Source: an uncultured delta proteobacterium (lineage in GTDB: Bacteria; Myxococcota; B64-G9). From it: a DNA stretch of 64,000 nucleotides. A program made the translations under genes and the position numbers. The DNA lies in the NCBI GenBank assembly GCA_963754925.1, contig CAVWHX010000003.1:512001-576000 (forward strand), in the 5' to 3' direction. Positions 60,202 through 64,000 of this stretch are shown here, piece after piece. Below the pieces are notes generated by a model. It saw only the letters and a program-made list of their open reading frames with translations, was not told the DNA's origin and did no database searches. The first letter of the stretch is position 1. Every line of letters begins with the position of its first letter.

Positions 60202-60341
60202 AGTTTCCGTATAATGCCGTTTTTCGTCAATACTGTTTTAATCTTGAGATCCAAACGGAAGCCTGCATCGCCTAATGCCGTGGCAGCGATAAATTCTCAA
60301 ACTCCATGTTTAAGCTCCCACCCAGAAACGCGCAATTAAGA

Positions 60342-60370
60342 AAGCGCCGGTCCACGGAGGACCGGCGCTT
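60342..60370 (-). terminator. Likely intrinsic terminator after the Cys-rich lipoprotein gene
   Basis: 12-bp stem AAGCGCCGGTCC/GGACCGGCGCTT followed by a T-rich run on the minus strand. Confidence 0.65.
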
Positions 60371-60397
60371 CAGCAATCTACATCAATATCAGAACAT

Positions 60398-62485
60398 CTA
60401 CGGTGTGCACACCCCTGTTGGTCCGGTGGTGCAGTGGGTGAGGACCTGCGGACACAAAACTTCACCGTGGCCCGGCAGCAGGAAGGATTCGATCGGTATC
60501 GCATTCGAATCCGGCGTCAGCTTGAATGGACCAGTTCCGATCACGAGCGACGTGCCCCATATAAACCCGTCGGTTGTCAAGCTCGCAGTCCCGCCGATAG
60601 TGGTTGCAGTATCCAGCACCATGTTGTTGAAACCTATGGTGAACGCGAGGCCGGCATAGGCACTAACATTAAGCGCTCCCAACGTGGTCGTAATCGTGAT
60701 CCCGTACTTGCCGTCACCATCCGAATCGGGCGCAGCATCGCAGGTAGAGGTGGGAGTAGTGCTGCACGGTGAAGTAGTACCAGTAGGAAATGTTGCCGAT
60801 TTCGTACCGCTCAGGATCTGGAACGTTGGCATAGTTACGGGTCCACCGACCGTTGCGCAGAAATCCGGTATGCTTGCACTGACGGTAAACGTCTTTAACA
60901 CTGCATCTGAGTAACCGGTGACTAAGCCCGCCGCCGACGCCGACGCAGCCAACTCGCAGATTTCTATCGTCGATACGAGGTTGCCGCCTTCTTTCGTGTT
61001 GTATATACGTAGGATGTAGTCGATGTTGGCGCCCGTAATGACCCCGATCGGTTGCGTAATGCTGCCGGTGGTGTTGAGGTGCGAGATCCAGGTGCCGGTT
61101 ATATCGGCGCATTGCGATATCGTCTGGCAGTTGGCATCGCAGGTTGTGCCGTTGGGCGGATCGCATTGTTCTGGAGGTTCGACTATGCCGTTGCCGCAGC
61201 AAGGCACGATCGGCGTCTTAACGCATGCTGCTGTGCAGGTGCCCGCGTTTTGAAGCGTCGAGGTTGTGCACGCGTTGGGAGCCGCGCAGCTCGTTGGGCA
61301 CGCGCCCGGCTGGCCCGCGGCGATTGCGGTGTCACAGGTCTCGCCGGTCTCCACTACGCCGTTGCCGCAGCAAGGCACGATCGGCGTATTAACGCATGCT
61401 GCTGTGCAGGTGCCCGCGTTTTGAAGCGTCGAGGTTGTGCACGCGTTGGGAGCCGCGCAGCTCGTTGGGCACGCGCCCGGCTGGCCCGCGGCTATGGCGG
61501 TGTCGCAGGTCTCGCCGGTGTCCACCACGCCGTTGCCGCAGGTAGGTTGGACGATGGTATGGCAGGTGGCGTCGCAGGTCGCTGTGTTCGGCGGCTCACA
61601 CGTCTCGGGAGGGGTAACACAACCGTCGCCGCAGACGGCCACGGTTATCGGCGTAGCCACGCATGCAGCCTGACAACCAGTGCCCTGGAGTTTGACCGGG
61701 TTGCACGGATCGGTGCCAGGATTGCAGCTCGTCGGGCAAGCGCCTGTCTGACCCGCGGCTATGGCGGTGTCGCATTTCTCGTTGCCAGAGACGATACCGT
61801 CGCCGCAAACCGGGCCTCCGCCTTGGCCGCACGTAACGTCAACCGACAGCGAATCGGTGCAGTTTACGTTGCTTACCGTTATGGTCAATGTCTTCGTACC
61901 CGTTGTGGCGCACAGGTAGGTAGTCATAGCCGTTGCTGGATTCGCAAACGTGCCGTCGCTCGTGGCAGTCCACGCGTAGGTCAGGGTGCCCTGGCCAAGG
62001 TTCTGAGCGCTCGCGTTCACTTGAATCGTGCTCCCAACCGCTACCGAGGTCGGCGATACCACCATGGAGCCGACCGTGGGGCACGCGAGGAATGTGCCGG
62101 TAACCGACACGCTACCTCTCGGGGGGGTGGTCGAACACTGTATCGGTACCGCCACCGTCGTCGTTTGGCTCGCCACCACGTCGAATGTCGCAGAGCCGGT
62201 GCAGATTCCATCGGCGGTAGCAAGCGTGATGGTGTAACCAGACCCCACCGGAATAGGGGCTATATCCGCGGTCACGGGGTTGGATACCACCTGAATGGTG
62301 CCCGTGAGGGGATCAATGCCGTTTCCCGTGATCGTGTAATTGATTTGGGTTTCATCGACACCTGGCGCGACGGTTAATTTCGTTGTTACCGTGCCTGATG
62401 GTCCTTGCCCTACGAGGCCGTTCGCACAGCCGGCAAAGGCTACTACTACCATTCCCAAAAATACCCATAGAAAAAATGATCGCAT
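60398..62485 (-). CDS. Large Cys-rich lipoprotein with PKD-like domain and myxococcal CGNG/CGDG repeats
   Basis: Lipobox FAGC; LTYAWTA PKD-like segment; multiple CG[ND]G...E.CD units. Confidence 0.82.
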   Translation of the reverse strand: MRSFFLWVFLGMVVVAFAGCANGLVGQGPSGTVTTKLTVAPGVDETQINYTITGNGIDPLTGTIQVVSNPVTADIAPIPVGSGYTITLATADGICTGSATFDVVASQTTTVAVPIQCSTTPPRGSVSVTGTFLACPTVGSMVVSPTSVAVGSTIQVNASAQNLGQGTLTYAWTATSDGTFANPATAMTTYLCATTGTKTLTITVSNVNCTDSLSVDVTCGQGGGPVCGDGIVSGNEKCDTAIAAGQTGACPTSCNPGTDPCNPVKLQGTGCQAACVATPITVAVCGDGCVTPPETCEPPNTATCDATCHTIVQPTCGNGVVDTGETCDTAIAAGQPGACPTSCAAPNACTTSTLQNAGTCTAACVNTPIVPCCGNGVVETGETCDTAIAAGQPGACPTSCAAPNACTTSTLQNAGTCTAACVKTPIVPCCGNGIVEPPEQCDPPNGTTCDANCQTISQCADITGTWISHLNTTGSITQPIGVITGANIDYILRIYNTKEGGNLVSTIEICELAASASAAGLVTGYSDAVLKTFTVSASIPDFCATVGGPVTMPTFQILSGTKSATFPTGTTSPCSTTPTSTCDAAPDSDGDGKYGITITTTLGALNVSAYAGLAFTIGFNNMVLDTATTIGGTASLTTDGFIWGTSLVIGTGPFKLTPDSNAIPIESFLLPGHGEVLCPQVLTHCTTGPTGVCTP
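61187..61540. repeat. Near-identical 171-bp intragenic tandem repeat (57 aa), about two copies
   Basis: GCCGTTGCCGCAG recurs at 61187, 61358 and 61529. Confidence 0.9.
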
Positions 62486-62651
62486 AGTAACCTTCCTCTC
62501 TTTCTTCCCCCTCGGATGATCGTGTCGAATGCCTCTCGCCAGAGTTATCTGGCTTGGGAAACATCCGGATAAAGAAATCAGAATATTTCGATTTACGTAG
62601 CTTAGTTCACAACCTTTTTAATTGTGAAAATCTACAATTGCAGTAGCTTTT

Positions 62652-62668
62652 AGCAAGATCCATACCGG
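62652..62668 (-). promoter_or_regulatory. Possible sigma54 promoter for the Cys-rich lipoprotein
   Basis: Minus strand CCGGTATGGATCTTGCT: GG-N10-GC with TTGCT; -24 box imperfect. Confidence 0.4.
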
Positions 62669-62728
62669 TTTGGATTGACAGGACAACTGTAGGAAAGAAT
62701 ACAAGAAATATATTCTTGCAAAACTTGC

Positions 62729-62768
62729 ACTCACCCGGCGCTGCGCGCCACCCTCTCCCCAAGAGAGA
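62729..62768. repeat. REP-like short palindromic element (CTCACCCGG...CCACCCTCTCCC type)
   Basis: ACTCACCCGGCGCTGCGCGCCACCCTCTCCCCAAGAGAG; single copy in this window. Confidence 0.4.
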
Positions 62769-62974
62769 ACGTATCATTATGAATATACGATAGGTTACAT
62801 TGATCTACTTCTAGGAGAGCGCGTGTGTAAAAGTGCGTTCGGAAATGCACGGGTGTTTAAAATCGCACTACACAGCTTTGAAGAGCTGTGGCGGTGACTT
62901 TTATCTGAAAACCAGGCCACCATTTGTCCTTTAAGCCACTATCGGTCGTGTACGCAATCAATGCACATAAAGAG

Positions 62975-63017
62975 TTGACTCTCGTCTAGGTTTGATGTAC
63001 TATTTGAATGTGTACAT
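62975..63017 (+). promoter_or_regulatory. Sigma70 promoter with overlapping inverted repeat (candidate antitoxin operator)
   Basis: TTGACT-N17-TACTAT; ATGTAC (62995-63000)/GTACAT (63012-63017). Confidence 0.6.
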
Positions 63018-63035
63018 TAAAGAGGAGTCACTGCC

Positions 63036-63317
63036 ATGCCGAGGATAGCAGTTGAAGACAATAGCAGAATGTCCTTGCGAATTCCAGCTGAGGAAAAAGC
63101 GCTGATCTTGCGTGCGGTGGCGCTGAACCACACAGACTTGACAGATTTTGTCATTAGCCACGCCTTGCGTGCAGCAAAAGCTGTCATCGAGGAGGCGGAT
63201 CATGTGAAGCTCTCTGAAAGGGATAGTTTGCGGGTTTTGGATCTGCTAGAGAATCCGCCTTCGCCGAACGCAAAGTTGATGGCAGCAGCTCGGGCATTGC
63301 CAAAGCGACGGTCTTAG
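63036..63317 (+). CDS. DUF1778 (TacA/AtaR-like) RHH antitoxin
   Basis: RMSLRIPAEEKALILRA...LTDFV...LENPPSPN; GAGGAG RBS. Confidence 0.88.
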   Translation: MPRIAVEDNSRMSLRIPAEEKALILRAVALNHTDLTDFVISHALRAAKAVIEEADHVKLSERDSLRVLDLLENPPSPNAKLMAAARALPKRRS

Positions 63318-63319
63318 TC

Positions 63320-63841
63320 GTGACGGCATGGCACGAAGAGCCGATCAAGAAGAAACATGATCGGGAAAATTTCGACTGCGGCGAGGAAGCTCTTAACGAA
63401 TTCTTGCGCCGTTATGCCCGGAAGAGCCATGAGTTGGGCGGCGCGAAAACGTTCCTTGCGATTGACGACGCTGATAAAAAAATAATTCTTGGCTTCTATA
63501 GTCTAAGCCCCGCCTCGGTGGACTATGCCCGGACGCCGGATATCATACGTCGCGGTCTGGCGCGCCATGACGTGCCGGGCTTCCGCTTGGCTCGCCTGGC
63601 GGTGGATCGAAGGTTTCAAGGGCAGGGAATCGGCGGACAACTTCTACTCGCGGCCGGCAGACGCTGCCTATTGGTTTCGGCGGAAGTTGGCGGCGTGGTG
63701 CTTGTCATCGACGCAAAGAATGAAAGGGTGGCTAAATGGTATGCAAGGTATGGCGCTGTGCCGCTGCTGGACGCGCCGTTATCTCTACTGCTGCCGCTCT
63801 CGACCATCGAGGCCGCGCTTAAAAAAGCCGGGAAATATTGA
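63320..63841 (+). CDS. GNAT acetyltransferase toxin (TacT/AtaT-like)
   Basis: HDRENFDCG..LNEFL, LARLAVD..QGQGIG, VIDAK. Confidence 0.88.
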   Translation: MTAWHEEPIKKKHDRENFDCGEEALNEFLRRYARKSHELGGAKTFLAIDDADKKIILGFYSLSPASVDYARTPDIIRRGLARHDVPGFRLARLAVDRRFQGQGIGGQLLLAAGRRCLLVSAEVGGVVLVIDAKNERVAKWYARYGAVPLLDAPLSLLLPLSTIEAALKKAGKY

Positions 63842-64000
63842 TATTAACTGCCAAGGTTATAAAAACCAAGCCATCATTTGCACTCTAAGGCCCCTCGGAC
63901 GGCAACCCCCTGGTGTTGATACCCCAAAAATCATTAGTGTTGGATCTGCCCCTAAATCTTTTCGGATTCATTTCCACATCCTGGGATCAAATGAAAAGTC

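Overview
Bacterial chromosomal window, mostly GC-rich, with gene content typical of Deltaproteobacteria/Myxococcota-like lineages (MXAN_5187-type C-terminal domains, DUF6178, Cys-rich lipoproteins, TatD-radical SAM fusion). Housekeeping blocks: holB-PSP1-metG-HEAT-tatD, class II ribonucleotide reductase nrdJ, PBP1A, GTP-PEPCK, yhaM-like HD nuclease, MoxR/CoxE, lsrF, namZ, hypA. Accessory content: two type II TA pairs (MqsR/MqsA-like; DUF1778/GNAT) and many secreted lipoproteins. No rRNA, tRNA, CRISPR array or intact transposase seen. Most notable: (1) a family of ~50-bp covarying hairpin elements (GGATAAGAG...CTCTAA), with a filled/empty-site pair inside a larger repeat and one in-frame insertion in a DUF1848 gene; (2) a sigma54-driven beta-sandwich/LysM-like/metallophosphoesterase gene coupled to a small membrane protein, resembling an effector-immunity pair; (3) a ~180-nt structured RNA behind an extended -10 promoter whose ends can sequester the SD of an 18-codon ORF; (4) a divergent envelope cluster with two MXAN_5187-like proteins, a TPR/TonB-C-like protein and a DPP III homolog lacking its zinc ligands; (5) an unannotated 56-aa histone H1-like protein. 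About nine single-base frameshifts, several in the same contexts (GGAAAC, TCGATTAA), look like systematic sequencing errors. Family names come from motif recognition only; no searches were run.
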